A stretch of DNA of 64,000 nt from Lingula anatina. Taxonomy: Eukaryota > Animalia > Brachiopoda. How positions within the stretch are numbered: the stretch's first letter is position 1; each line of letters begins with the position of its first letter. Both the position numbers and the translations under genes were made by a program. The notes below the pieces were generated by a model. The model made no database searches. It was not told where the DNA came from and saw nothing but the letters and a program-made list of their open reading frames with translations. The DNA lies in contig CM120640.1 of NCBI GenBank assembly GCA_051362555.1, forward strand, positions 62,846,788 to 62,910,787. Reading direction: 5' to 3'. This document shows, in pieces, positions 23,466-37,863 of this stretch.

Positions 23466-25473
23466 TGGCGAATAAATCCCAGTTTGGTTTTTTGGCACGT
23501 CAATAGCGAGTTTTTCATGCATTTTTTCTGTAGCTTCCTGCATCGATTTAATATTTGTACAATGTTTTTCTCTTTATTTTGACACAGCATGTAATGCATC
23601 GGTCCCTGCACATGTGATCCGGTGACTTTTTTTGAAAATCCAAGCAGACAATGTAAATCCTTCTTTTTCTTCAAAAATTGTAGAGATACTGATCCACGAT
23701 AGAGTGCCTGTTAGATCTATCTCCTTTAGCTTGTACGCTGTGTGGCCCTTTCTGTTGTAAATATTGGAGTATATTCTGTACGCTTCAACTGCACTTGCAC
23801 TATTCCTTTTTCAGAAAAATTCTTTAGTACAAATCGTATGAGTAACTGTCACCATTCACCATTTTGTATATTCCGGATCAACTGGACACCTGAACCACCA
23901 AGTGACCTTCTGTCCCGTCCGGAGACGTTATAATAGGTGGCTGCTAAACAAAGGACACGTGTCTTCGTAAATATTAGTTCCCTGCTAATATAAAGTATTC
24001 AAAGGGACGTCACAGTTCTCATCCCCGTGTTACATAATATACAATACCTCGTCCTTATCACATGCGTCGCGAATCATTTGTGCAATGGTCATTAGTTGTC
24101 TGCAGATTACACTGCGATATTCCTAACCACACGCTTATCTGCCTTAACACTAAAACCCTACCACGAAGATATCACATCGAAGTTTGGTATACAGGGCCTC
24201 ATGTTTATTTCATATGTATACTATTAAATTTTCCATGGGTTCATTTTGTGTTATTCTTCATCTCGTTTATCTAATCCATCTTTCTTTTATGCCTGCAATT
24301 CCACTTTCTCGATAACTACATGTATATACTTCATTGTGTTACGGTATGTCTCTATCAAATATCTTATTTAGCTTTTCATAATAAATATTGAAAACCGCCA
24401 GCCTGCCTCTAGGTTTCCCTCATTTTCGTCTATAGTAATAAAACACTGGCCAGGGAAGTGATAAATCACCCGGCTATCACATGTATAAGAATAGATTTGT
24501 CAATGTCCTGGCTTTTAGGCATTCTCTGCGCAGGGGGACTGAACTCTTTTAATATTCACTATCCTTGTTTTTCATCGTTGAAAAGGGAGATGGGTAAATA
24601 ATAAAGCTTAAAGATGGACAAATCACTTTCAGTATATAAAAGGCGTGTTTAACTCTCGACATTTGTTAAAATGAAAGTAATAAAAGTCTTTGGGATAAGC
24701 ACGAGAACTGAAATCGAGAAATTATGATCGAAAAGAGAAACTATGTTTATTCATATGATTTATGTTTTGAGTTAAAGTCTAAAAGATAATCGTCTTCCAC
24801 TTGAGATTAACGCTTATTAGATTATTGCTACAGCAACAAGGTGCATCGGATGTGAATATAACTCGATAAAGTGATTAAAATCAAATAACATGGCTAAGGG
24901 GGGCTAGCTGCCCAAATTCCATTTCCTGTGTATGACAAAATCAAGGAACAAAAGCTTAAAGAGCCCATTGTGTAAGGCATTTGTCTGCGATCCAAGTCAC
25001 CCTGCAGACAACAGGCCATGGTGATCTTACCGTAAGCACTTCCTCTTTAATTGGAGGAAATGAAGTATTGGAGAGGATCCATTTTCACGCTAGATTTATC
25101 GTCGACTCCTTGAGAAATCATCACGCGCGCGCGCACACAGACACGCACGAAAATGTGTATGCTTGGCATTTTCCCTAACAGACTAAAGTGAAGGTGTGCG
25201 GGTTTATTGAATAGTTACATTTATCAAAAGAGATTTTTAAAGTAAGATTAGATAAAACATTGGGTTTAATCTCACATTAAAGCCTTAAGCCGGTATAAAA
25301 ATATGTAAGGTTGTTAGTTACATGTACATGTAAGTTTTCCTTCAAAACATCTGCTAATATCAAATATCTAAGTGAATGTAAGAAACATCAGTTTTAACCA
25401 CAAGACCAAATTTTATACTGGACGAAATGACTGTAACAAATATATGAGTATAGCACCATAGACGCAGAGATTC

Positions 25474-27878
25474 ATTAGTACCACCAGCGTATACGTACCG
25501 CCAGCGTATACGCTGGCGGTACTCATGGTTTTAGTCCCGACCCGTCTCGTACAGCTCCGCCGGCTCCTGCGGCTCCGCCGGCTCCGCAGTCGGGCGCCGG
25601 AAACAAGTCACCGTTACCGCTTCTCCTCCTAGACCGCCAGGACCTGTGTCCCCATCTCTTGGATTTAGGTCACATATAATCTCAACTTGAACACCCTGGT
25701 TTTTTGTCTTTGTCGGTGCATTGGCCTAGGCGTGACACTTGTTGAAATGCACCCTTGTCAAAATTTTTGAAAATTCAAGGCTAAATATCTCCCAAACCAA
25801 AGGAATTATGGGAAAAATTACTACAGAAGTCTGACCGAAAGTCATATGTGGAGATTCCAAATATGCCCTTGGATTTGACTTTTGACCATTTTTTCAAGGT
25901 CAAACAAGCCAAAATTTTCTAAAAATGGGAATTTTCTGCAAAAAAAAAAATTTGTTTGTGCTGTTTTTTGGAAACTACACAGATCTAAGCTCTCCTGTTA
26001 TAGTGAGGGGTTACAATTGGGGGCTCCTTTCATCTTTGGGAGTTTGGGGTCAATCGGTGCATTTTCAAGGGAGAAGCAGCCATTAGATACCGAAACTGAA
26101 AACTTGCTTTTATTCTGGAATGGTAAATGCCAGAGACCTTTTGTTCATTACATTTTCTAGAACTTGTCAAGTGCAATACTGGAGGTGGTGTCCATTTTTT
26201 TGTTTTCGATATGGTTTAGGCATTGCGCTATATCAAAAATTACAACATTGCAATATTCAGAGGGGAAAATGTTAAATATTCCAAAATTAGCAGAGATATG
26301 CCCATAGTTACTATTGAACTTGAATAGGAAGTTATATTAACCGATTACAGTGACGTCATATTTGCTCCGTAACACTAGTCCCGCGGCCATGCTGGAGGGA
26401 ATGAACGACGGGGAATAGTAGCGTAAATATAGGTAAACCAAATAAAATAATGTAAACTTCATATCACGATCAAGGACACCAAAGGGAAAAGGATATATAC
26501 AAGCTGAGGCTTCAGCTGATCAGCGGGATCGACCGATATGAACTCAAGACAGTCTAAAAACGTGAAATCCTACTAAATGCTACTTACCCAACATCGTGTT
26601 GTCAGAAGAGTTCAGTTATCTTGTACTTTATTTTTCTTGTTCATTGGGTAATAACAGTTATAGTTTGAGAGAGTTTAATGTGTAATCATAAGTTTAACCA
26701 TAAATAGAAGCAACTGTTTTCATAAAGGATAGATATAAAACATTTGAGCTGATCATTAGGATAAACCCTTGTGGATTCAAGGAAGAATGTATGATTGTCT
26801 TATGACATGAAATATTGCTGTTAGTTATGACTTATCTTTACATCGTGAAGCTGTCAGAAATTATTTCAGCATACTTGTACTTCATATTGGTTCATTAGAA
26901 AGTACATGTAACAAGACTGTTGTTCATTCATATAAGCAGCATTGTTAGCATTTTATTATTAGTTCAGTCATTCACAGAAGCATTTGTTAGGCACTACAAA
27001 TATCCTCAAACCTCAGTTTAAGTGGGACTTAGAGAATGGGAATTTGCCATGGGACTATACACTTGATATCAATGGAGCAATAGAAACTATGTCAATGATG
27101 AAAAAGACGTGTCCTTTGTATCAAAATAAAGCTGGTGAGTTGTGTTGTAAATAAGTTTTCAAAATACATCTACTGTCATAAAAAGTATTGTATCAAACTG
27201 ATTTTATAAAATTTTATATACCATTTGCATTGAGAATATTTTGCTAGGTATTCAGTGAACAAAATTCATGTATTTTAAATTTACTTTAAAACTGCAATAT
27301 CAGGTATTTGTTGTTCTCTTTTTTTAATGTAAAGCCTAACTATATTGGGGATTTTCAGATGCTATTGTTTATACAGTACAGAAGTAAAGTATACAGAACA
27401 TTTGCTCTATACCATCATCAACTTTTTAAATTATTTCAGCATTCTTGTACTTCATTTTGGTTCATTAGAAAGTACATGTAACGAGACTGTTGTTTAAGAG
27501 TTTAATATTCACCATGAATGCAACCATTCATATAAGCAACATTGTTAGGATTTTATTATTATTCAGTCATTCACAGAAGCAAGGCATTTTTCACAATCAT
27601 GTATTTATGATGTCCAATGTAAAATAATAATTCAGTTCATGAATTGATTTCTGCAACCATTTACTTAAACATATAGGAAAAGTGCACATTTTGTATGAAT
27701 AAAAGTGAACATGAAATGCTGAGTTCAATTAAATAACTCCTGTCATGCACTGGATTTCACTCTCCTCATGTTCAGATCCTGTCTCCTCAGCTGGTCACAG
27801 AGATCTAGGAATATTTTTTGCTGCTTCTACCTTGTGTGTCATCTAGCTGCCTTTTGTACCTGTCATCAAAAGCTTCCG

Positions 27879-27909
<31 letters not shown>

Positions 27910-29510
27910 AATTTACTTGCACCCAATCAGTGTGGCTTGGTGGGAAATGCCTGATCAATTTCCTACATGTAAATCTAAATTAATAGAAAGATAACAATTG
28001 TGATTTTTATTCATATTATAACTTACAACATTACAGTTGACAGGAGCAGAATTTGACATTTTTACAGAGGAAAGTGCAAAATAATTTCATGAGGTTATTA
28101 AAGTTATATGTCAATTACACCTGAGGTAGAATTTACTTGCAAAATAAAATTACTCTTATCACTACACCAAATCGAAAATTAAGCCACTAACTTCCAAATA
28201 CACTTCATACAGGTAATTGATTTAATTGGCCCATCTCAGCTGTGTACAGTACAAATATAGCCTTGACACTAATTGGGAATAATGCTAACCAGGTATAATA
28301 GAGGTAGGTGACAGCCGATAAAATCTAGAGAGCACCGTAACTGATAACAAATTACACCCAAGGCAATAGGTGAGTCTTCATTATAAAAGTCGAACCCCTG
28401 CCTGGGTATTTCCACACGTTTTAACAAATTAACACACTCTCCATCCACACTTTTTGGGCACTACTTTAAATATATACGTGCGCCCCAAACGTACACACCT
28501 AGGTCTTTGGTGTTCTACTGTTTTTTCTTTTATGGTAAATCTGCACAGTTGGCTCTTCATTCTTTGCTATAAAATAAATTAGTTTTATCCTTTACTTTTC
28601 CGAAGAGTCTTGATTCAAAGCCACCTCGCCGTCTCTCCTCCGTTTATGGTTTTAGTTCCTTCACCATGGATTTTTACCACTGCAGGCAGTCTGTGAACGC
28701 TTGTAAAGTAAGTTACCTTCTCTCGATCAAATACCCTGCAGTAATTCATCATTTTGCTCGGTTAAATATGAAAAAAAATACAGAAAACGAAAACTGAACT
28801 ACAGACATGGCTTGTTCATGCGCAGCAGACGATTCCGGTCTCCCTCCAGTATGGCTGCCGTTTGTTTTGATGACGCAGGCTCTAATGGGTCAATACTGGT
28901 AATCTAATTGTGACCTTGAAATTGACCTTTGACCTACTATTTATGATGAACTGCACTTTGCATGTTTCCTGGCCTTCATATCTCCAACATTGGCAAAGAA
29001 ATGCCCATAGCTACTATTGAACTTATATAGGAAGTCATATACTGTGACCTTGAAATTGACCTTTGACCTACTTTTTTTTACCACAAACTGAACTCTGCAT
29101 ATTTTCTTGTCCTTCATTTCTTCAAAACTAGCAGAGATCTGCCCAGTGTTGTCCCTAGGTTTTCTCTTTTGTCAGCATACTGGTATATGCAATACTGATA
29201 ATGCATTTCAAGGAAAACCAATAGGCCTATTATCTAGAAAATCACAGGAGTGATCCGTGTTAGGAAAATACAGTTCAATTTGAACATCTCCTTGATTGGA
29301 CCATTTTAACTGTTATGTTTTTTCAATTTTTTTTCTTGTTGCATATTTTGAGAACTCTTGTTTATTGCATTTTATAGAGCTTGTCAAGCACAAGACTGGT
29401 GGTGGTGTCCATTTTTTTTTTTTTTTTGGGGGGGGGGGGCATACGAATGCGCTTACTCCAGCTGGTGGTACAATATCCAGAGGCGGTATCGCCTCTCTGA
29501 TCCTCTAGTT
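25474..29510 (+). mobile_element. Non-autonomous Helentron-like element (HINE / DINE-1 architecture), ~4 kb
   Basis: 5' subTIR gtaccaccagc is followed by the palindrome gtaccgccagcgtatacgctggcggtac and a GC-rich (ggctcc)n tract. The 3' end has inverse subTIR gctggtggtac (29461-29471), hairpin agaggcg-gtat-cgcctct and terminal CTAG followed by T. Internal tgaccttga / ctattgaact...ataggaagt repeats are present. Confidence 0.75.
26859..27581 (+). repeat. Internal direct repeat in the HINE (26859-26982 and 27429-27581)
   Basis: aattatttcagcat...agaaagtacatgtaac...cagtcattcacagaagca occurs twice; the second copy has a ~30-bp extra segment. Confidence 0.85.
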
Positions 29511-32500
29511 TAGATTTAAAAACAAATTGCCACTCATTTAAATCAAGGAAGTATGTACATTGTACTTCAATACTAAAATGCCTTTCACAATGCTCTGAAC
29601 ATTTTATCACAACCTATTATGTCTGTGTTTGTAAACTAGTTTTGCCATTGGTGTATTTTGGAAGAAGAGGAGAGGGTATTTTCAGTATTATATGTCACTT
29701 AAAGAAATGAAAACAAATATTTACCTGCGACATGTCCACTACTTGATGCCTGGCGTAAATAGATACTGTGATCTTCCCTTTCCAGCAAGACGAAAGCCTG
29801 TAATTGAATCGAATAATCCTCAATTCATTGATCGGTCGCAGCTCCTGACTCAATTATTTCAAATGTGGGGAAAGCAACATGGCAAAACAACCTCGGACCA
29901 CAATTTACAATCGTGTGCTGCTATTTGTAAAATTCAACTGTATTTTGAAATACTTGAATCTTGGACAGGAGTCGAATGCATAATGTCGTAAAATTATCCA
30001 AATTTTCTTCTTTGATAAAACAACTGCGTCCGTGTAATTACACACTTTTCTACAATACTCGTGCATACAAACCGTTTGATTCTATCAGTTGAACTACTCA
30101 TGCTGCAGTAACCTATAGTGTTCAAAATCAGCGTTACTATTATCTCGATCCATACGTTATCTCTTTGTACCCAAAATTGAGTTTTCCCCGTTCAGAATTC
30201 ATAGTGAATAATACCCATGTGATCGTCAAATCATGACGATAAAGGACACTATTTTCACCTGATCCATATCTTCGAGCGCATTTTAGATATTCCACAGCGA
30301 TAAGAATAACCTTAACGCCCCGACTAGTATAGAAAATGCAATGAAGTCGTTCTTGTTGATGGGTCCTTACTCCTGTACACTGTGAGTCTACCAGGGTCAC
30401 ATATTGTTTTTTCATTAGATATTAACAAACGTCTCTGGCTAATTCATTAATTCGCTGTTGGCGAAAAGTGCACACTGCATGGTAGAGGACAGTCTTATCT
30501 GGTCTCTTCTCGAAATCGCCCTTACACGTGGTTTATAATAATGACAAGATCAGTACATCTTTAAGGGACGATAGCCTACAGCTGAGTGACTGATTCTATA
30601 ACAGATATGGAAGTTTTTCTTCTTTAATTTTATCACAATAGAACTAAATTAGGGTGAAAGTCTACTACTATACAGCAAAGGTATGAAAACAAATGATATT
30701 TATCAAGCACATCTTTTAAAACTAATTATGTTGTTTCTTTGATTTGATCTTTAGAATTGATTGTAAATATACAGGTAAAATTATTAGTTGAATGCAAGAT
30801 ATCTTGTTAATACCGGGTACATAGAGCCAATGGGATTTTAGTTGACGTCTACAGTACATGTATGATGACGTCAACATCATGCTCACAGCATTTAAATGTC
30901 GTGAGTGTGTTGTGGGTTTACACGGCCACGACTAGCATTAACCAATATTTGTTGTTATGTACATGCATCGATCAAAGTAAAACGGAAATGTCAAAATTTG
31001 CAACAGAATAAGCCATAAAACGATACAAAGAATCACTTAAATAAATTGGAAATCTAATAGATCTGGAAATTTTATAGATCTGGAGATTTAGTTTTGAACG
31101 GGGAATAAGGGGATATAAGTATAAATGCCTGCAGATTTTCAACTAAATTGGGAGAGTTGACAGGGCTGCCGGATCAAAAACGCGCGTTTGTGTTTCTTTT
31201 ATGTGGTACATTCTGAAAGCTGCAGGTCGTTTTATATATAGGGGTCTCCCCCCCCCCCTTCCAAAATTCTCAACATAAATCCTAGATCAATCATTGAGGC
31301 GCACTGTTATGTATAGTATTGACAAAATATGGGATATATACACTGATCTTTCTGTTCTACTTCTTCCACGCAATTAGAGATTTCACACCTATCACAATGG
31401 CCGGATTTGTATGAACTAAAACTGATGGAAGATCCAGGATATCAGGCAGGCCCGTTGCCAGAGTTTGAAAATTGACGAGGCTAAGCACCATTTCTGGGGA
31501 AGGGTATAGGTGTCATGGAATTTCAGATGTGCCTCAACCCAGCTGCGAACAAGCGGGCGGCGAAGTGCTATCATTACTTTCAAATCATATTTATCTCACG
31601 TAATGGCAATTTAAATCGGAATTGTGGATTTTTAGATGGGCATTGACGAACTTCCCCCCCATACTCATCCAGCACACTCAGTTGAGTCTATTTGAGGTTG
31701 AATTTGGATATTCAAAGGCGACCCTTAAACTTGGCCCTGGCCTCCAAATGGACTCCAATTGATCATGTAGATGGTCTGATCTAGAGCTGATTTCAACGTT
31801 TTCTTGTTCATTTTTGCGTGTTTACAGGACGGCAAACCTTGCCAAATTTTCATTGATTGTAGATAAGTAACTTGGACTACATGTAGATATAAGCTGACAG
31901 AAATTATATATGCTACCATATGATTTACAACCATGTAAGTGCACTGACATGTGCATTAGTACAACAGCGATTTCTAAGAGGGTATTTTTCTGAAAATGTG
32001 GACCTTTTTACCCTCTTTGTTGACCCATCTTGATAAATTGCATAAAGCATAGGCCAAATTTTGATTCAGAGCGGAGCTTCTCGAAACCAAAAGTGCACAT
32101 CCCCGAATCTTCCTGACCTACGGGCCTGCAGCATATTCTTACATACCAATACATATTCTTTATTTAAAAGTTATAGTCTTGAAAACAGAACCAGACGGAC
32201 CCCTGTGACCCATAATATCCTGTATGATTTTTTTCTGATAAAAACACCAAAACTGTATAAGATGAACAACCTTGGAAAAAATAACATCTGTGTAATATTA
32301 CATGTACCTTCTTAGAGCAGTTGAAAAATCAATCTCAGTCACCTTTCCAATCATTATCTCTTCATGCCATCTTCTAGCTACCGGGATGTGCCACACCATT
32401 CACGCAGGGTCTCCCTGCATGAACCACTTGATAACAACACACCTGGACCATAAGCTCTAGCTGGGGATTTTCTGCCGACAAGATCGAGTGTTTTGTCTAA

Positions 32501-32521
32501 CGTTATGTTTGAAAAATGTTA

Positions 32522-32756
32522 GGGCTCATTTCCAATGAAATTGTCGTTCTACGTAGATCGACCCACCTCTGCAGGGATTCTCACAGTATGCAATCAGATT
32601 AACAGATTAGCACGCTTCCTCCTGAGGTATACAGAAAAGCTGGTGATAATATATACGAGTATTTGGAAACGAGTAGTGCTAATATGTGAAATTGATTGTA
32701 TGTAGTGAGAGATGGATCGATCTTCGTAGAACGTTAGTTTCATTGGGAATTGGCCC
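32522..32756. mobile_element. Hairpin MITE family C, intact copy
   Basis: TIR gggctcatttccaatgaaa / tttcattgggaattggccc, with TTA on both flanks. Core homologous to 6326-6553. Confidence 0.85.
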
Positions 32757-33776
32757 TTAGAGGAGTCATTGTTTTGGGGATATAATTTAAAAACAAGAGC
32801 TCGCAGAGGCTTATATGAACTATCTTAGGTTAGACCATATCATTGAGCGCTTAGTACAATGTATCATTCATTTATCACTCGTCACTTCAGAATATGTCCT
32901 TACTTATGATGTGCACATAAACACAAACAAGTGCTGGTCATAAAAAAGCATAAGAAATGTACTGGAGAAAAGCAAGGATCTGAAGGCTATGACCTCTTGG
33001 ATGGAGATTTGATGAAGATGATGCAAAGTGAACTGGTTCCATGTATATGAAATGACCTGATGAAGCATGCGTGTGACTGGTATATAGTACTAATAATCGC
33101 TATTTATTGAGAATAAACTGTGGGGTTTGCCCTCGGTATTTTAGTTTCTAGGGAATTCTCAAATGTGTTTGGAATAGGTAGTTTATAAGGTTAATTCAGG
33201 GTTGCCCTTTAAAGTAAACTTTTCTATACTAGAAGCTTTCCTAAAACTAATTGCAGAGGTTGTGTATATAACAAAATAAATATTATTTTATGTACTGAAC
33301 TTAGGTAGCCGCAATGGACAATAGATTTACTCGTAACAGAGTCGCAGAAGCCTCTGAGTAAGCGTAGCCATGCCTGTGAAATGAAAAAATTGCGGTCTGT
33401 ATTAATGGACATTGGCTCTGCCTGCTCGGGTAATGCTGAGGCAAAAACAACGGGAATGGGACTTTTGTTAAAGAATGTCCATTACCAAGAGAATGTGCAT
33501 TTAGATTTACTATGATACATAAAAGTGAACAGGAACATATAGTTTTGTAGTAGGTTAACCATTTATTTATTTAAAATATGTAATTTTTTAGAATCAATTC
33601 ACATATTTTGCTGATGTTGAACTAAAACAGAAGTGTTCTGATTACTGTGATAAAGCCTTAAAACAAATGTACAAATTAAAACAACAAATATATCATGAGA
33701 TCGCTTATTTTGAACAAATTGTACTTTTTTGAGTATTCAAATTGTCAAATATAGAAAGAAATGATTCGTCACCAAT

Positions 33777-33972
33777 GGGTCGCGTTCATTGTGCATTCGG
33801 GTGCGTTCACAATAAAACTATCGTACTAGGTAGTTCGAACTAACTCTGTTGGGACTTTCACTTGATACAATCAGATTATATTAACAAATTAACGTCTCAT
33901 CCTGGTGTTGAGTAGAATACAGAAAGAGATGTTGTTATAAGAGTACGTTGGAAACAGGATGAGGCTTGTTAA
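33777..33972. mobile_element. Truncated family C copy (from 33799), preceded by a family A-like end
   Basis: Aligns with 32522 from its first base and shares agtagaatacagaaag...gttggaaacagga with 6410-6455. gggtcgcgttca at 33777 matches the family A terminus. Confidence 0.65.
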
Positions 33973-34854
33973 AGGTCTTTTAAAAATTAAAGGGAAAAGT
34001 CATCCTTATTTCCTATTTATCCGAAAAGTAAACTTAGATTGCTGTACCCTAACGGCCTTAGTGATTTCCTAGAGTACGGCTTCTGACCCAATCAGCCGAA
34101 ACAAACACTCCAAAAAGACCCGATCTCAAAGACGGGAATGGTTTTCTTGACTTCCTTTTTTCACAGCGGTGCTCGTTTCCGTGGAAGTACAAAGATACTC
34201 TTCATCTGGGTGTTCGTTATTTCTATTCTAAGGATATCACTGAGAGGTTTCCTGTTTTCTGTGTAGATTTATACATGTCATGTGTGCGTGTGTCGGTAAC
34301 ACCTGACTGAGGAAACCTATCACGCATCAAACCACTTTAAGGTAACGATGGCTGGGTGAGCAATCTGTAAAAAGCCATGGCTTTGACATGTGAGAGGCAA
34401 GCAAGACTAAGATGAAAATAAAGATAGGGATGTATCGGCGTCTTTTTTCATAGTTGTTGCACACAGCTATCCTAACCGTGCCAACCGGGTCACAGAATTT
34501 CGTGCCTCTTATTTGTTCCAAACCGTTCTCCCTGACGGGTCACGGGGACCCTGGATATGGTATCGTTGAACACTTTCAGGTATTAAGTTAATCACAACAA
34601 GTTGATTTGATTCTGCAAGAAGAAAAGACCGTCAAGCTTGATGTGCACATTTTCATTTTTTCGACCTGCAAGGTGCATGCATGAAGTTCTCATGTTTCAC
34701 ATTAACTCAAGAATGATCCATGACGAACCCAAGTATTTCTTTTTCTTTTTTTCGGATAAAGGATAGGCAAACGTTGAATAAGGTCATCGTAGTACATTAG
34801 CAAGCATGGTATGACAAGGAAAGCTGTTAAGGACATTTTCAGCGTCCTCGATGA

Positions 34855-35078
34855 TGCCCCTATTTCACACAGACCACTAATCGCCAGGAATTGACAAATT
34901 TCAGGATTCGTGGTTGAATCGTAATCAGTTCGTGATTGATCAAGAATTGCAAGAATGACTACGATTATATACGAATCTGTTAAGAACTTCACGAACTGAT
35001 TACGATTCAACCACGAATCTTGAAATTTGTCAATTCCTGGCGATTCGTGGGATTCGTGGTCTGTGTGAAATAGGGACA
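34855..35078. mobile_element. Short internally deleted copy of Harbinger-like MITE family D
   Basis: Same TIR (gcccctatttcacacagacc) and cacgaat subterminal repeats as 62801-63488. Confidence 0.85.
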
Positions 35079-36772
35079 CAAAGCTGGAAAAGCATAATAA
35101 AAAACTAGCCGTATGCACGGAGATATATGCTTAAGAAGGACAGCAGTAGGCCTACATGAATGTTAGAACTCAAAAGTCACGTTCAGGTATAATGAACTAA
35201 TTGCATCTCAGGAGTAACATTCCACAGCTGTTTAATTTCCATTACATCTGTCGCATTTGTATTGTCGACCAACACGAAAACAATCAATTATACTGTGAAA
35301 GGGTAAATTTCACAAAACTACGAATAAAAAATTATGCACCCGTTAACCTAGGTTAGCATTTGTACGGCTAACGTTTTTTTATAACGTCTGGAAATGTAAG
35401 AATATCAAGTATTAGAGGATAATGTTTTCGTTTTTAAGGTGACTTGCGATTTTCTCGATTGGTCAGTCGTTTTGTAGGAAAGATGAGATAGATATCCGTC
35501 ATGTTTTTTTCTGTGTTTTCTAAAGAAAGAATGTCACCTTTCTTTAGAACCAACCTGAAATGAGATACTTAACACGGGTCGTAGAAAAATCATAATTTCC
35601 ATTTTGAATTAGATGCAAAAGTTGCAAAATGTATCAAGTCAAAATAATTTATAATTTGTAAAATGACAAAAAAAACGAACAGCAGGGCGTCAATCACGAA
35701 TTTAAAAATCCGCATTCCGTTGAATCTTTAGAGATAGTGTTTTACAAGGTGCGGGGCAAATATGATAATAAGTCTATTTTGCTATCTTAATTTTTGTGCA
35801 TTGTGTGATCCAGGTGTAATTCAATGGGGCTTTTCATTTCCAGTGGCCCATGCAGACACTGCCGGTTTCAATGACTTATAATTTACGCCTAAAAGCCACT
35901 TTCATCCCAGATTTTCATTATCACTAGACGAGCTCTGGGATTCAGGTTTTTCAGTTGTTCGGTTCAAAACGATTAACAAACCTCAGCGTGGTGGAAACTT
36001 AAACATGTGATTCGTAATACAGGTAAACAGAGATCGTTTACAACCCCCGCCTATCTTTTATAAGGGGTCGTGATTATCAGGTGGATTCTAACGTCTGTTA
36101 TTAATGGCACATCACCGAACGCGTTTATTAATTATAATCTTTCCATCTTAATGTGAACTGTCCTTTGATCCTCTTTCTGCTCCAGTGGGCTGCCTTGTAC
36201 AGTGCACGAGCAGCACGCCTTGACGCAAGATCGATATACCTGGTCATTTTTATGTTGACTGGACTGGTTTTGTCATTCCCGGATAAAATGAAAACCCCAC
36301 AAGTGACAATAGCATACCTGTTACATGACTGCATGCTTGAAAGCAGCAGACCACATTTTTTATTAATTGGTAAACACCAGTCTCTTTATCCGTTTGTTAG
36401 AAACACCTTTCTCTCTCTCTCTCTATTTTTTTTCTCTCTCTCATAATATTTAATAAAATTATTTTAATATGAGCACTGGGAGAGTATATGTTGAGAGGTT
36501 AAATAAATGTTTGAACATGTTGGAATGGGATTATTAACATCTTTTAATGTTTTTTTTTATGTTCAGACAGTTAATAATAACCATCAATTTATATTATCCA
36601 CTGCAGGTAACATAGATATTCAGAAAATGTGACTAGCAAAGGTCTTCAGGCCCATTGAAATTCAAAGTCACACCTTAAAAATGCTAATATGTACACAGGT
36701 ATTGAAATGCATTATTTTCACTTTGAACACGTATTACATAATACACAATAAGCAGTTTACTTTCATCTTTAA

Positions 36773-37110
36773 AGGGATAATAACTCTTCGTATGAGATCT
36801 ATATTTCACATTAAAAACATTGTGAATAACTCATAGAAATATAATTTATATTGTTTTACCACAAAAATGGCAGTTATAGCTATTATTCAGATATCTGAGC
36901 TTGTCTTTAGACCACGTGACCTCCATTGATGGCTATACTCTGTTAAAATCTCTTAAGAGATTTTAACAAAAAACCAAACTTTTTAGAAAAAAAACCAGGG
37001 ACTAACTTTGAATGTAAAAATGGATTCATTAACCATTGGTAAGTATGGGAAAATTGTTGTTTACTCCAGGAAAATTCATTTTTTGGCCGAAACGAAGAGT
37101 TATTATCCCT
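36773..37110. mobile_element. Kolobok-like MITE
   Basis: Perfect 19-bp TIR AGGGATAATAACTCTTCGT, with TTAA on both flanks and a purine-purine start. Confidence 0.85.
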
Positions 37111-37863
37111 TTAATTGATCAACAAAAATTGATGGAAAAAATATCAATAAACCAATTTTAAATGTCCAATTTGCTCCATTCTTAATTTCTGTAAATAGTT
37201 GGGGATTGCATCTCACAAATTGCACTGATTTTAGTGTATTTCCATTTTTGACACTTTATTACTCAATACACGATAACAGAATAGGCACGGGTAACGTTTG
37301 CGGCTCAAGGTCACATCTCGTAAAACGTAAAACAGGTACATACTGATTAATGTCAGACTGGGACTAACAATAGAATTCTAAATGATTATAAAAATGACAG
37401 TATTGTTTGGATATAGATTAATAAATTCCTAATGATCAATGCAATCAGCGAACACTGCAATATTTATGTAACAAAAACAGACCGGTGTGTTGATGCTTTT
37501 TTTCACTTATATAACCGTTGGCAACGCAATTATAATGCAGCACTCGGTTGAGCGTTTTGTGTTCGTAACCCTTTGTTTGAAATCCATAGACAGGTGCCGC
37601 GGCCTCCGGGAAATGAGATAAACATACTTGGGAAATATGAAATTAACTCTACGAACGGGAATAGACCATTTTTGAAAGGTGAAAACTGAGGCAGGATAAA
37701 AGCTTTGTGGAAAGGGTATACAATATACCCGGGGATGTATGTCTGTCCGATATTTAATCGCACCAACCAGAACCAGAACCAATAACCCCATGTACTGCGA
37801 TCAAATGGAGGCAACGATCATGACAATTTGGGTGCAAAGCGTGCAATAATAATAATAATAATA

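Noticed and set aside
34702-35118. 138-aa ORF sharing FHTDHESHESPGIDKFQDS with ORF 62683..62943
   Set aside because: The shared peptide is only the translation of the family D MITE terminus.
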